Positions 36,665-46,541 are shown, counted from the first letter of the stretch. The stretch: DNA of 64,000 nt from an uncultured Candidatus Rokubacteria bacterium (GCA_963771355.1 CAVYTA010000006.1:1408001-1472000); one strand, 5' to 3'. Notes: a model not told the origin generated them from the sequence alone. Program-made: numbers and translations.

Positions 36665-39289
36665 TCATATCAGCGCCGACTCGAGCACGATTCCGCGGTC
36701 GATCACGCGGACCGCGCGAGCCAGGATCGCCTGGAGGCTCGTGTCGACCTCCGGCGCATCCGCGAGCTGGCGGAGCACGTCGATGAGCCGCCGCATGGCG
36801 CGGATCAGATCGCCCTCGTGCCCGCCGAAGGATTCCTCCACGATGGCCGCCCAGTCGTCTTCCCCCGACGCCCACCGGAACACCGCGGGCATGAAGCCGG
36901 TGGACACCGACACCCCCATCGGGAGCTGGCGGAGGCGCTGCGCCTCGTACACCGTGCGCGCCACTCCCTCGAGTTCGCCCAGCTTCCGCTTGAGCTTCGG
37001 TCGCTTGCGGAGGAAGAGCCGCGCCATCGCGCTGTCGCCGGAGCGCGACTCCTCGATGAGACAGGAGCAGAGCGCGGCGGCCTCGGCCAGCGTGGTATCG
37101 GCGAGAATGCCGCGGTCCACCATCTCCGCCACCAGCAGCTCGTTGTCGTGTCGCAGGGTGGCGATGAGCTGGCCCTTCGCGAGGAGCTTACCATCCTGTA
37201 CCGCGCCGAACCGCTCGAGGACCTCGACCACCCGGAGAAACTCCCCCCAGTACGCGTTGCGGAGGGCGGCGAGCGTCTCGCTCTTCATGGCGAGGCGGGC
37301 TTCCAGCTTCTCGAGGCCCTTCCACGTGTGCTCGCAGCGCGGCTGGGAGTTCCAGGGGCAGCGGTGGCACTCGATGGCGGCGAGCGCACCCTCGGGGCCC
37401 TCCGCCCGCTCCCGCTCGAGGAGCTCCGCCGCCGTCACCCGCGCCAGCTGCGCCTTGAGCGCCTGGGTGCGGTGCTCCCAGTCGCGCGGGATGGGCAAGG
37501 GCGGGGTGGCCCAGAACACGCGCTTCACGTGGCCGGCCTTGAGATGCACGATCTCTCCATGGCTCAGGAGCACGCTGGCGATCACCTTGTGGCGGCGCGC
37601 GTCGACCCGGCACAGGAGACCCACGGCCTGACCGCCGCGGCGCCGGGCGAGCACGAAGCGCCCGGGCTCCGCGTCCGCCACCGTACGCGCGGCGCGGCGG
37701 CCGCCGCGGCCGAGGGCGGCGCGTGTCGCCTCCACCTCGGTGCGGAGGCGACGGTACCGGCCGATGCGGTCGAAGTCGCCGCAGGGGGCGCGAAAGGTGC
37801 GCGCGTCCGCCACCGCCGTCTCCAGGCTCGCCACCTCCGCCTCGAGGCCCCGGATGCGCTTGAGGTTCTGGTACTGGCCGAAGGAGGACTCCACCGTGCG
37901 CCGGATAGCCGCCATGTCGCTGCCGCTGCCGAGGAGGAGCGCCACCGAGCCATACCCCAGCTTGAACTGGCTCACCACCGGCTCCGGCGCGCCGTCGACG
38001 ACGCGACGAATATCCTCGACGCCGTCGCGCACGTCGAGCGCGATCACGCACTTGCCCTCGGGGTCGATGCCGCGGCGACCCGCCCGGCCCGCCATCTGGG
38101 TCAGCTCGTTGTGGGTGAGGCTGCGAAAACCGCGGTCCGTCCGCTTGGTGAGCGACTGCAGCACCACGCTCTTCGCCGGCATGTGGATTCCGAGGGACAT
38201 GGTCTCGGTGGCGAAGACCACCCGGCACAGGCCGCGCTCGAAGAGGTGCTCGACCAGCCGCTTCACGCTGGGCAGGATGCCCGCGTGGTGCATGCCCACC
38301 CCCATGCCCAGCGCCTGGAAGATGGTCTGGTTCAGCGGCGACTCCGCGATGGTGGGCGTCTCCGCCACCGCCTCGCGGATGGCGTCGTCCACGTGCTGGC
38401 GCTGGGCCCGGCTGAGGAGCGGCTTGCCCTCGGCCAGCACCGTCTCCATGGCGCGCTCGCAGCCCGCGCGGCTGAAGATGAAGTAGATGGCGGGCAGCCA
38501 GCCGCGCGCGTCCAGCGCGTCGAGCATCACGGTGGGGTCCACCACTCGCCGCGTGTACCAGCGGCCCCGGTCATTGGCCCCGCGGTCGTGCTCCTCGCCG
38601 ATGAGATGCACCGTGCCCGCGCGCACGCCCTCGTAACCGTGCAGCTCGCCGGAAAGGTCGGCCACGAGGTACTGGAGCGGCACCGGCCGGTGCGGGTGCG
38701 TGATGGCCTCGATGGGCCGGTGGACGAGGCCGATCCAGTCGGCGATCTCCGCCACGTTGGCGACGGTGGCGGACAAGGCCACCAGGCCCGCGTCCTTGGG
38801 CGCATTGACGATGATCTCCTCCCACACCGTCCCGCGGCCCTCGTCGCCCATGTAGTGGCATTCGTCGAGCACCACCGTCTCCAGCCCCGGCAGCCCGCCG
38901 GTATAGAACATGTTGCGGAGGATCTCGGTGGTCATCACCAGGATGGGCGCGCGCGCGTTGACCTTGACGTCGCCGGTGAGGATGCCGACTTGATCGGCGC
39001 CGAACTGGCGGCCGAAGTCGGCGAACTTCTGGTTGGACAGCGCCTTGAGCGGCGTGGTGTAGGCGAGGCGCCGCCCATGGGCCAGCGCGCGGTGGATGGC
39101 GAACTCCGCCACCAGGGTCTTCCCCGCCCCGGTGGGCGCGGAGACGATCACCGACTTCCCGTCGAGAATGGTCCGGATCGCGCGGAGCTGGAAATCATCC
39201 AGCGGGAACTGGTAGCGCGCGATGAAGGATTCGAGCAGGTCCTGCTTGGAGATAGGCGCCCCCTCGGTGCTGCGCTTCCACGGTATCAT
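36665..39289 (-). CDS. Ski2-like DEAD/DEAH-box RNA helicase (HelY type) with DSHCT domain
   Basis: APTGAGKT, PLKALSNQK, DECH, LSAT, HHAG, QMAGRAGRRG, EGDLIR..RRLID.LRQL; start uncertain. Confidence 0.93.
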   Translation of the reverse strand: MIPWKRSTEGAPISKQDLLESFIARYQFPLDDFQLRAIRTILDGKSVIVSAPTGAGKTLVAEFAIHRALAHGRRLAYTTPLKALSNQKFADFGRQFGADQVGILTGDVKVNARAPILVMTTEILRNMFYTGGLPGLETVVLDECHYMGDEGRGTVWEEIIVNAPKDAGLVALSATVANVAEIADWIGLVHRPIEAITHPHRPVPLQYLVADLSGELHGYEGVRAGTVHLIGEEHDRGANDRGRWYTRRVVDPTVMLDALDARGWLPAIYFIFSRAGCERAMETVLAEGKPLLSRAQRQHVDDAIREAVAETPTIAESPLNQTIFQALGMGVGMHHAGILPSVKRLVEHLFERGLCRVVFATETMSLGIHMPAKSVVLQSLTKRTDRGFRSLTHNELTQMAGRAGRRGIDPEGKCVIALDVRDGVEDIRRVVDGAPEPVVSQFKLGYGSVALLLGSGSDMAAIRRTVESSFGQYQNLKRIRGLEAEVASLETAVADARTFRAPCGDFDRIGRYRRLRTEVEATRAALGRGGRRAARTVADAEPGRFVLARRRGGQAVGLLCRVDARRHKVIASVLLSHGEIVHLKAGHVKRVFWATPPLPIPRDWEHRTQALKAQLARVTAAELLERERAEGPEGALAAIECHRCPWNSQPRCEHTWKGLEKLEARLAMKSETLAALRNAYWGEFLRVVEVLERFGAVQDGKLLAKGQLIATLRHDNELLVAEMVDRGILADTTLAEAAALCSCLIEESRSGDSAMARLFLRKRPKLKRKLGELEGVARTVYEAQRLRQLPMGVSVSTGFMPAVFRWASGEDDWAAIVEESFGGHEGDLIRAMRRLIDVLRQLADAPEVDTSLQAILARAVRVIDRGIVLESALI

Positions 39290-39298
39290 ATGACCCGC

Positions 39299-39499
39299 AT
39301 GAAGCTCACCGGCAAGGTCGCGCTGGTCACCAATGTCCGACACTACATGGGCCCCGCCGTCACCGAGGAATTCGGGAACATCTCCGCGGGGCGCCCGGCG
39401 CGCGGCGAGGAGTCCGCCCGCCTCGCCGTCTACCTCGCCGGCGAGGACTCGGACTTCTTCGGGAACCCGGTGATGCCGTTCGCAGGCGGCTGGATCTGA
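39299..39499 (+). pseudogene. Internally deleted SDR, halohydrin-dehalogenase-like remnant
   Basis: SDR N-terminus (LTGKVALVTNVRHYMGPA) joined directly to an SDR C-terminus (GRPARGEE.A.L..YLA...SDFF...PFAGGW); only 66 aa. Confidence 0.7.
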
Positions 39500-39500
39500 T

Positions 39501-39695
39501 TCAACTTCGTGCGGTCGCGTCCCTGACCTCCGCCTCGCCGGCCAGACCGATCACCTCGTAGACTTCCGTCGCCTTGCCCTTGAGAGCGGCGGCGCCCCGC
39601 GCTCGCGCACGATCACGCGGTCGCCGAGCAGGGCGCGAGCGGCGTCGCTCACGAGGATGGTGGTCCCCAGCTCGCGGTTGAGCCCCGCCAGTATA
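39501..39695 (-). pseudogene. C-terminal remnant of a class III adenylate/guanylate cyclase
   Basis: GLNRELGTTILVSD...LGDR..VRERG then a frameshift to LKGK..EVYEV; no start and no catalytic N-terminal half. Confidence 0.7.
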
Positions 39696-39725
39696 GGTCA
39701 ATCCAGTTGGGGTAAAATGCCCGCC

Positions 39726-40262
39726 ATGATCTACTGCCACGTCGGCATCACCGCCGCGGAGGACTATGCCACGCGGCGCGGCCAGCACCGCCCGGCCCAC
39801 CTCGAGCGCATCGCGGGGCTTCGCGCCGAGGGCTTCGTGGTGGGCGGCGGGCCCGCGCCCGACGGCAAGACCGCGGATCTCTTCTATCGCGCGCCGGATC
39901 TCGACACCGTGGTGCGGCTGGTGGAGGAGGATCCGTACTGGAAAGGCGGGGTCTGGACCGCCTACAAGCCGGAGGCGTTCAGCCAGTTCCTCGAGCCCTG
40001 GCGGCAGGTGGAGATCCTCACGGACGGCAGCCGCACGGTCACCCTCGTGGAGGGGCTGGCGCCTGACGTCGAGATGGCCTCCTTCGCCCTCATCGAGGCG
40101 CGCGGCGCCGGCCGCATGGCCTTCGGCGGATTCTTCCCGGGCGGCCGCACCCTGGCCCTCATGAATACCTCCGATCCCGCGCAGGCGCTCGAGGCTCTCA
40201 CCGAGTCCGGCCTCTGGACGCCGGGCACGCTGACCGGCCGCCCCTTCATTCACGTCCTCTGA
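39726..40262 (+). CDS. YciI family protein (extended, two-domain)
   Basis: RR..HRPAHLER, GGP, EDPY..GVW; TAAAAT 7 nt upstream suggests a leaderless transcript. Confidence 0.8.
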   Translation: MIYCHVGITAAEDYATRRGQHRPAHLERIAGLRAEGFVVGGGPAPDGKTADLFYRAPDLDTVVRLVEEDPYWKGGVWTAYKPEAFSQFLEPWRQVEILTDGSRTVTLVEGLAPDVEMASFALIEARGAGRMAFGGFFPGGRTLALMNTSDPAQALEALTESGLWTPGTLTGRPFIHVL

Positions 40263-40267
40263 CGCGG

Positions 40268-40915
40268 TTGCCGCCTCCGGACCCCCGGTACCCTCCGGAC
40301 GCGTTTCGCCGGCTGGACGAGACGCCGGACCCCGCGTTCTACGCCACGCCCCGCTTCGTCACCCACATCGACGCCGGCGCCATCGCGGCGGTGACCCAGC
40401 TCTATCGCGAGCACCTCCCCGCGGGCGGAGCTGTGCTCGACCTCATGAGCAGCTGGGTCAGCCACCTGCCGATGGACGTCTCGTATGGTCGCGTGACCGG
40501 CCTGGGAATGAACGCCGACGAGCTGGCGGCCAACCCGCGCCTCGACGGCTGGGTCGTCCACGACCTCAACGCCGAGCCCCGGCTGCCCTTCGCGGAGGGG
40601 ACGTTCGACGGCGCGACGTGCTGCGTGTCCATCGACTACCTCGTGCAGCCGGTGGCGGTGCTCCGCGACCTCGCCCGCGTGCTCCGCCCGGGCGCGCCGC
40701 TCGTGGTCACGTTCTCGAACCGGCGCTTCCCCACCAAGGTGATCGCGTTGTGGGAAGCGCTCGACGACGCCGGCCACGCGCGGTTGGTGGAACAGTACCT
40801 GCGGGAGGCGGGCGGCTGGGACGCCGTCATCGCGCTCGACCGCAGCCCGGGGACCGGCGATCCGCTCTGGGCCATCGTGGCCCACCGCGCCGGTAGTAAG
40901 ATGTCCGCCGCATGA
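40268..40915 (+). CDS. Class I SAM-dependent methyltransferase
   Basis: FRRLDE.PD..FY..PRFVTHID, VLDLMSSWVSHLP, GLGMN..EL..N, FSNR.FPTK. Confidence 0.9.
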   Translation: MPPPDPRYPPDAFRRLDETPDPAFYATPRFVTHIDAGAIAAVTQLYREHLPAGGAVLDLMSSWVSHLPMDVSYGRVTGLGMNADELAANPRLDGWVVHDLNAEPRLPFAEGTFDGATCCVSIDYLVQPVAVLRDLARVLRPGAPLVVTFSNRRFPTKVIALWEALDDAGHARLVEQYLREAGGWDAVIALDRSPGTGDPLWAIVAHRAGSKMSAA

Positions 40916-42228
40916 GGCTCCTCCCCGACCTGGTCCTGGTGGACGGGCGCTTCGAGCCCGGACGCGCCGTCGAGATCACCGGCGGCCGCATCACCGGCGT
41001 GGCTCCGTTTCCACCCGCCTGGGGCGATGCCGCCTTCGCCGACGATCTGGTGCGCCTCCCCGGTCGCGCGCTCCTGCCCGGCACCGTCAACGCGCATTGC
41101 CATACCTTCCAGTCGCTCCTGCGGGGTCTCGGCGACGACATGGATTTCATGGGCTGGCGCGACCGCGTGCTCTACCCTTTCTCGACCCGCCTCGACCGCG
41201 AGGGCATCTATCTCGGCGCCGCCTTCGCCTTCGCGGAGATGCTGCTGCACGGGGCCACCACCTGCGTGGACTTCTTCTACCTCCAGGACTCGGGGAACGA
41301 CAACGCGGGCGCCGTCATCCAGGCGGCGCGGGACACCGGGATACGCCTGGTGCTGGCGCGCAGCATGTACGACTGGGAGGGCGCGCCCGCGCGCTACCGC
41401 GAGACGCCGGCGGACGCGGCCCGCCGCGTGACCGAGCTGATCCGGACCCATGCCGGCGATCCCCTCATCACCGTGCAGCCCGCGCCGCACAGCCCGCACG
41501 GCGCCTCCCCGGCCATGATCCGGGCGGGCTGGGAGGTGGCGGAGGCGGCGGACACGCGCTTCCACATCCACGTGGCCGAGGGCCAGTACGAGGGGCAGCG
41601 CACCCAGCAAGAGCACGGTGCCACGCCCATTCGCTTCCTCGACCGGCTCGGCGTGCTCGGCCCGCGGATGATCGGCGTGCACTGCGTCTGGCTCGACGAC
41701 GAGGAGCTCGGCCTCATGGGCGAGCGCGGGGTCGGGCTCGCCTACTGCCCCTCGTCCAACATGGTGCTCGGCGACGGCATCACGCGGATCACCGAGCTGC
41801 AGACCCTCGGTGTCCGCATCGGGCTCGGCACCGACGGCGGCTGCACCAACAATCGGCTCTCGGTGTTCGAGGAGATGCGGATGGCGGCGCTGCTCCAGAA
41901 AGTGCGGCACCTCGACGGCACGCGCCTCCCCGCCGAGGAGGCCTTCCGCATGGGCACCGCGGATGGCGCCGCGCTCCTGGGCTTGCCCGCCGGCGAGGTG
42001 GCGCCGGGCCGGCTCGCGGACCTGGTCGCCGTGGACCTCGGGCATCCGTCGCTGCACCCCCGCGTCAACCTGCTCAAGAACGTGGTCTACGCCATGTCGC
42101 CGCAGGCGATCACCGATGTCTGGGTGCACGGGCACCCGGTGGTCCGCGACGGGCGCCTGGCCACGCTCGACCAGGACGACCTCCTCGCGCGGGTGCGCGC
42201 GCTCACGCGCGACTGGCGCGTGGCCTGA
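40912..42228 (+). CDS. Amidohydrolase (MTA/SAH/5'-deoxyadenosine deaminase-like)
   Basis: NAHCH, PHS, HIHVAE, HCVW, GTDG, GRLADL. Confidence 0.9.
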   Translation: MRLLPDLVLVDGRFEPGRAVEITGGRITGVAPFPPAWGDAAFADDLVRLPGRALLPGTVNAHCHTFQSLLRGLGDDMDFMGWRDRVLYPFSTRLDREGIYLGAAFAFAEMLLHGATTCVDFFYLQDSGNDNAGAVIQAARDTGIRLVLARSMYDWEGAPARYRETPADAARRVTELIRTHAGDPLITVQPAPHSPHGASPAMIRAGWEVAEAADTRFHIHVAEGQYEGQRTQQEHGATPIRFLDRLGVLGPRMIGVHCVWLDDEELGLMGERGVGLAYCPSSNMVLGDGITRITELQTLGVRIGLGTDGGCTNNRLSVFEEMRMAALLQKVRHLDGTRLPAEEAFRMGTADGAALLGLPAGEVAPGRLADLVAVDLGHPSLHPRVNLLKNVVYAMSPQAITDVWVHGHPVVRDGRLATLDQDDLLARVRALTRDWRVA

Positions 42229-42963
42229 TGTTCCGCGTCGGTCGCATCCCCTATCTCAACTGCGAGCCCTTCTTCACCCATCTCACGGGCTTCCCCACCC
42301 TCGACCTGCCCCCGCGTCAGCTGGGGGAGGCGCTCGCCCGCGGCGAGGCGGACGCGGCGGCCCTGTCCCTGGTCGATTTTCTCCGCCTCGAGCCGTCGCT
42401 GGAGGGGCTGCCCTTCGGCATCGCGACGGACGGACCCGCCCGCAGCGTCATCCTCTTCTCCGACCGCGCTCCCGCCGACCTGGAGGATGCCACCATCTCG
42501 GTCACCGACGAGACGGCGACCTCGGTGGAGATCCTCCGCATCCTGCTGGCGCTGCGGTATCGCGTGACGCCGCGGGCCTGGGTAGGGCCCGCCGGCGCCG
42601 CCGACGCGGTGCTGCTGATCGGGGACGGCGCCATTCGCGCGCTCACCGGCCCCCCGCGCTTCCGGCACGCAGTGGATCTCGGGCGCGAGTGGGTGGAGTG
42701 GACGGGCTTGCCCTGTGTCTTCGCACGCTGGGGGGTGCGGCGCGCCGCGGCGGCGGCGGATCGCCTGGCCTTCGCCCGCGCGCTGGACGCGGCCCTCATC
42801 CGCGGCATGGAGAGCCTCCCGGAGATCGCGGCGCGGCGGCGCGACACGGGCTGGGGACCCGCCGAGATCACGACCTATCTCCGGGGCTTCACGTATCGAC
42901 TGGGACCAAGGGAAGAGCGCGCCATCGCCGAGTTCCAGCGCCTCCGCGGCCAGGTGCTCCTGA
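42228..42963 (+). CDS. mqnA: Chorismate dehydratase MqnA (futalosine pathway); stop apparently displaced by a 1-nt indel
   Basis: RVGRIPYLNCEP, G.A.SV.L, T.TSV..L, LLIGD.A, DLG.EW..WTGLP.VFA.W; TGA at 42961 lies one base out of frame. Confidence 0.88.
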
Positions 42964-42971
42964 GCCGGCCC

Positions 42972-43766
42972 TCAGGTGGGGCGGAGGACGCGCAGCGCCT
43001 CGTCGTGGAGGCGCCCGTTGGTCGCCAGCACGCTGCCGTCGTAGATATTGGGCCGGCCGCTGAGGTCGGTGAGACGGCCGCCCGCCTCCTCGATGAGAAT
43101 CTTCATCGGCGCCACGTCCCAGGGCTTGAGGTCGACCTCCACGTAGATCTCGCCCTTGCCCTCCGCCACCAGGCCGTAGCCGTAGTAGTCGCCGAAGCCG
43201 CGGGTCCGCGCGGTGCCGTCCACGAGCCGGACGAAGCCGGGCCAGTACGGCGTGGGGCGCAGGAGCGACAGGCTCGAGTGGAGCAGGAAGGCCTCGGGCA
43301 GCGTCGCCACGTCGGACACGTGCAGCCGCCGGCCGTTGGCCCAGGCGCCGTCCCCCCGTCGCGCCCAGAAGAGATCGCCCGACACGGGGTTCAGCACTAC
43401 CCCGGCGGTGATCTCCCCCTGCTCTTCGAGCGCGAGCAGCACCGCCCACATCGGAATGTGGCGGACGAAGTTCTTCGTCCCATCGATGGGATCGATGATC
43501 CAGCGGCGGTCGGTGGGACCCTGCTGCCCGAACTCCTCCCCGAGGAAGCCGATCTCGGGGAAGGCGCGGCGGAGGCTGGTGGTGATGGCCGTCTCGGCCT
43601 CCCGGTCCGCCTGGGTCACCGGGGTCTGGTCCGGCTTGATGGTGACTTCGAAGCCGCCGTGGTAGTAGCGCAGCGCGATCTCGCCCGCCTCGCGCGCGGC
43701 GGCGATGGCGGCGGCGACGATGGGATGGACCGCTGGGGGATGAGGGGAAGGGGCGCCTACTCCCAT
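42972..43766 (-). CDS. hisN: Histidinol-phosphatase, inositol monophosphatase family
   Basis: K.DQTPVTQAD, GEE, WIIDPIDGTKNFVR, RGFGD, WDVA, EAGG; start uncertain. Confidence 0.82.
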   Translation of the reverse strand: MGVGAPSPHPPAVHPIVAAAIAAAREAGEIALRYYHGGFEVTIKPDQTPVTQADREAETAITTSLRRAFPEIGFLGEEFGQQGPTDRRWIIDPIDGTKNFVRHIPMWAVLLALEEQGEITAGVVLNPVSGDLFWARRGDGAWANGRRLHVSDVATLPEAFLLHSSLSLLRPTPYWPGFVRLVDGTARTRGFGDYYGYGLVAEGKGEIYVEVDLKPWDVAPMKILIEEAGGRLTDLSGRPNIYDGSVLATNGRLHDEALRVLRPT

Positions 43767-44140
43767 TCGCCCCGCTCCTCGAGCACGTCCTTGAAGGTCG
43801 CGAGCGCCTCTACCACCACCGGCATTCCGCCATACGTCACCTGCTGGAACACCACCTCCGCCACCTCCTGCCGGGTGGCGCCCACGTTGAGCGCCGCGTG
43901 GAAGTGGGCGCGCAGCTCGTTCCGGCGGTTCAGCACGGTGAGGGAGGCCACCGCGCAGAGCTCGCGCTGCTTCTGAGAGATGACCTCGCGGCTGTAGAGC
44001 TTGCCGGTGAAGAAGAGCGACAGCTCCCGGGCCAGCTCCTTGTCGAACTTCTTCCAGGTGTCGAACCCCACCCCGCCCTTGACGGTGTGGAAGAGCATCT
44101 GCGCCGTCTTGCGGGTCCGGTCCTTGAGCGCTTCGTCCAT
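43757..44140 (-). CDS. Carboxymuconolactone decarboxylase family protein
   Basis: REL..VASL.VL..EL..H..AALNVGAT..EV.E...Q...YGG.P. Confidence 0.88.
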   Translation of the reverse strand: MDEALKDRTRKTAQMLFHTVKGGVGFDTWKKFDKELARELSLFFTGKLYSREVISQKQRELCAVASLTVLNRRNELRAHFHAALNVGATRQEVAEVVFQQVTYGGMPVVVEALATFKDVLEERGEWE

Positions 44141-44217
44141 GGCGTCTCCTTGTCGCGTTTTTGCTGGACTTCCTCACAACCCCTTTGTCACACTGCCCAC
44201 GCGGAGAAGCGACGCAC

Positions 44218-44805
44218 ATGGCCGAGCCCCACTGCCCACGCTGTCAGAGCGAGGTTATCGAGCGTGCGAGCCGGGCCGGCCTGCTCGAGCGCCTCCTGAG
44301 CGTCGCCTACGTCTATCCCTTCCGCTGCCAGTCCTGCCTGCACCGCTTCCGCACCCTGGCCTGGGGGCAGCGCTACGTGCGCATCCAGCGCGCTCCCCGA
44401 GTCGAGCGGCGGCGGCATCGGCGGGACCCGGTGGACTTCTGGACCACGCTCTGGCTCGAGGCGGGTCAGCAGCCCGGTCGGGCCCGCGATCTCTCCGTCG
44501 CCGGCATGAGCCTCGAGACCGACGCCCCGCTCGAGCCCGGCCAGTATCTCGAGCTGGATCTCCAGTTCGCCCCCGGCGAGCCCCCCATCCGGGTGGAGGT
44601 GGCGGTGGTCCGTTCGGTCCAGTCCGGCCGCGCGGGCCTCCAGTTCGTCCAGATCAAAGACGACGGCGCCGCGCGGCTGCAGAAGTTCTCCCTCGCCGCG
44701 CGCGAGGCCGCCGCCCGCGAGGCCTTCACCCCGCCGCCCCCGCGCCCCGCGCCCCCCTCGGCCCCCTCGCCCGCAACGACGTCATCGCCTGAGGACACTC
44801 CATGA
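44218..44805 (+). CDS. Zn-ribbon + PilZ domain protein
   Basis: CPRC...YPFRCQSC; ERRRHRR and DLSVAG c-di-GMP motifs. Confidence 0.82.
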   Translation: MAEPHCPRCQSEVIERASRAGLLERLLSVAYVYPFRCQSCLHRFRTLAWGQRYVRIQRAPRVERRRHRRDPVDFWTTLWLEAGQQPGRARDLSVAGMSLETDAPLEPGQYLELDLQFAPGEPPIRVEVAVVRSVQSGRAGLQFVQIKDDGAARLQKFSLAAREAAAREAFTPPPPRPAPPSAPSPATTSSPEDTP

Positions 44806-45293
44806 AAGCGCTCGCCTGCCCCAAGTGCAAGAGCGAGCTGGTGGGCCGCACCCACCGCAGCGGGATGGTGGAGCACGCGCTCAGCCTGGCCTATATCTAC
44901 CCGTTCAAGTGCCAGATCTGCCAGCGTCGCTTCCGCACGCTCCGATGGGGCGAGCGCTACGTCCGCGTGCCCCTCGACCGGCGCGTGGCCGAGCGGCTGT
45001 CGACGCGCATTCCCGTCACCATCCACTGGAAGGACGGCGGCCAGGGCCAGGGCACCGTGCGCGACCTCTCCGTGACGGGCTGCGGGATCGAGACGGAGGC
45101 CCCGGTGCCGATGGGCGCCCTCGTGCTCCTGCAGCTGGAGCCGGCCGGAGAGCCGCCCATCGACATCGACGTGGGCGAGGTCCGCTCGCGCCAGCCGCGG
45201 CGGATCGGCGTCCGCTTCGTCCGCGTCGCGCCCACCCACACCGAGCGGGTGCGCCAGATCGTCCAGCGGCTCATCGACACCCGGAGCGCCTGA
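44802..45293 (+). CDS. Zn-ribbon + PilZ domain protein (tandem paralog)
   Basis: CPKC...YPFKCQIC; DRRVAER and DLSVTG motifs. Confidence 0.82.
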   Translation: MKALACPKCKSELVGRTHRSGMVEHALSLAYIYPFKCQICQRRFRTLRWGERYVRVPLDRRVAERLSTRIPVTIHWKDGGQGQGTVRDLSVTGCGIETEAPVPMGALVLLQLEPAGEPPIDIDVGEVRSRQPRRIGVRFVRVAPTHTERVRQIVQRLIDTRSA

Positions 45294-45316
45294 GCCGGTC
45301 CCGGTCCGCCGGACGC

Positions 45317-46045
45317 TCACCCCGCCAGCTTCTCGAGCAGCCGCGCGAGGGCGTCGGGGGCCGACACCATCGGGTCGTGCGCGGTTTTCAGATCTACCGG
45401 GCGCACGCCGAGGCGCGCCGCGTAGGCCGCGGCGCTGGCCGGTGGCACCGCCACGTCGGCGAGGCAGCGGACGTAGTCGCGCGGCACCGAGCTCGAATAG
45501 AAGGTCGTGAGCGTCACCGGCTCGAAGAAGGGTCGGACCGGCTGCGGCGTCAGCAGGGCGAGGGCGCGCGCCACCGCGGGATGGCCGCGCGGCAGATCGC
45601 CCAGGTAGCGGGACCACGCCAGCTCGGCGGGGTAGTGATAGGTCCCGTCGCCGCGCGCGGCGGCGAGGCCCCGCACCACCGCGCGGGCGGCGGGCGACAG
45701 ATGCGTCTCCGCCAGGCTGGCGCCGCTCGGAAGCACCACCGCGGCCAGAAAGACCAGGCGTGCCACGCGCGCGGGCGCCAGCTCTACCACCTTGGGGATC
45801 ACGATGCCGCCCATGGAATGCCCCACCACGATCCCGCGGCTCACGCCCTCGCGCGCCATGACGCCCACCACCGCTTCGGCGTAGGCCGTCACGCTGGCCC
45901 GGCGCGACTCGGCCGCGCGGCGGCCGTGGCCGGGCAGGTCGAGCGTGACGACGCGGTGGCCGCGAGCGGCGAGGCGCGCGGCCACTTCGTCCCAGCACCA
46001 GGCGCCGTGGCTGGCGCCGTGGACGAGCACGAATTCTCTGGGCAT
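45317..46045 (-). CDS. Alpha/beta hydrolase (methyl-salicylate esterase-like)
   Basis: FVLVHGASHGAWCW, DLPGHG, GHSMGG, D.AV, HDPM. Confidence 0.92.
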   Translation of the reverse strand: MPREFVLVHGASHGAWCWDEVAARLAARGHRVVTLDLPGHGRRAAESRRASVTAYAEAVVGVMAREGVSRGIVVGHSMGGIVIPKVVELAPARVARLVFLAAVVLPSGASLAETHLSPAARAVVRGLAAARGDGTYHYPAELAWSRYLGDLPRGHPAVARALALLTPQPVRPFFEPVTLTTFYSSSVPRDYVRCLADVAVPPASAAAYAARLGVRPVDLKTAHDPMVSAPDALARLLEKLAG

Positions 46046-46142
46046 CACGGCTCCGCACCGGAGGGTTGGGGGTTGACGGACGCGGGCGCGCCCTCTAGCG
46101 TAGGGGCACCATAGCACGACACCTCTCGCCCAGGAGCCCCCG

Positions 46143-46538
46143 ATGCCGACGACGATCGAGCCCTATTGCGCACCGTCCGTCTTCAATCCCCCCACCTACA
46201 CGCAGGCGGTGAAGGTCACCGGAGCCCAGACCATCCTGTTCATCGCCGGCCAGGTGGCGTATGGCCCCGACGGCAAGCCCGCGCATCGCGGCGACTTTCC
46301 CGCCCAGGCGCGCGCGGTGTTCCAGGCGCTCAAGGCGCAGGTGGAGGCCGGCGGGGGCACCCTCGCCAACGTGGTGAAGATCAACACCTACCTCGTGGAC
46401 ATCCGCCATCGCGCCGATCTCGTCCCCATCCGCGAGGAGTTCTTCGGCAAGAAGACGCTGGCCTCCACCCTCGTGGCCGTGGCCGCGCTCGCCCAGCCGG
46501 AGTATCTGATCGAGATCGAGGCGGTGGCCGTGATCTAG
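46143..46538 (+). CDS. RidA/Rid family protein
   Basis: YTQAV, AGQV, VVKINTYL, LIEIEAVA. Confidence 0.92.
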   Translation: MPTTIEPYCAPSVFNPPTYTQAVKVTGAQTILFIAGQVAYGPDGKPAHRGDFPAQARAVFQALKAQVEAGGGTLANVVKINTYLVDIRHRADLVPIREEFFGKKTLASTLVAVAALAQPEYLIEIEAVAVI

Positions 46539-46541
46539 GTC

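Noticed and set aside
42964..43976. Long C-terminal extension of MqnA
   Set aside because: It fully overlaps hisN on the other strand; a TGA one base out of frame sits at the expected MqnA end.
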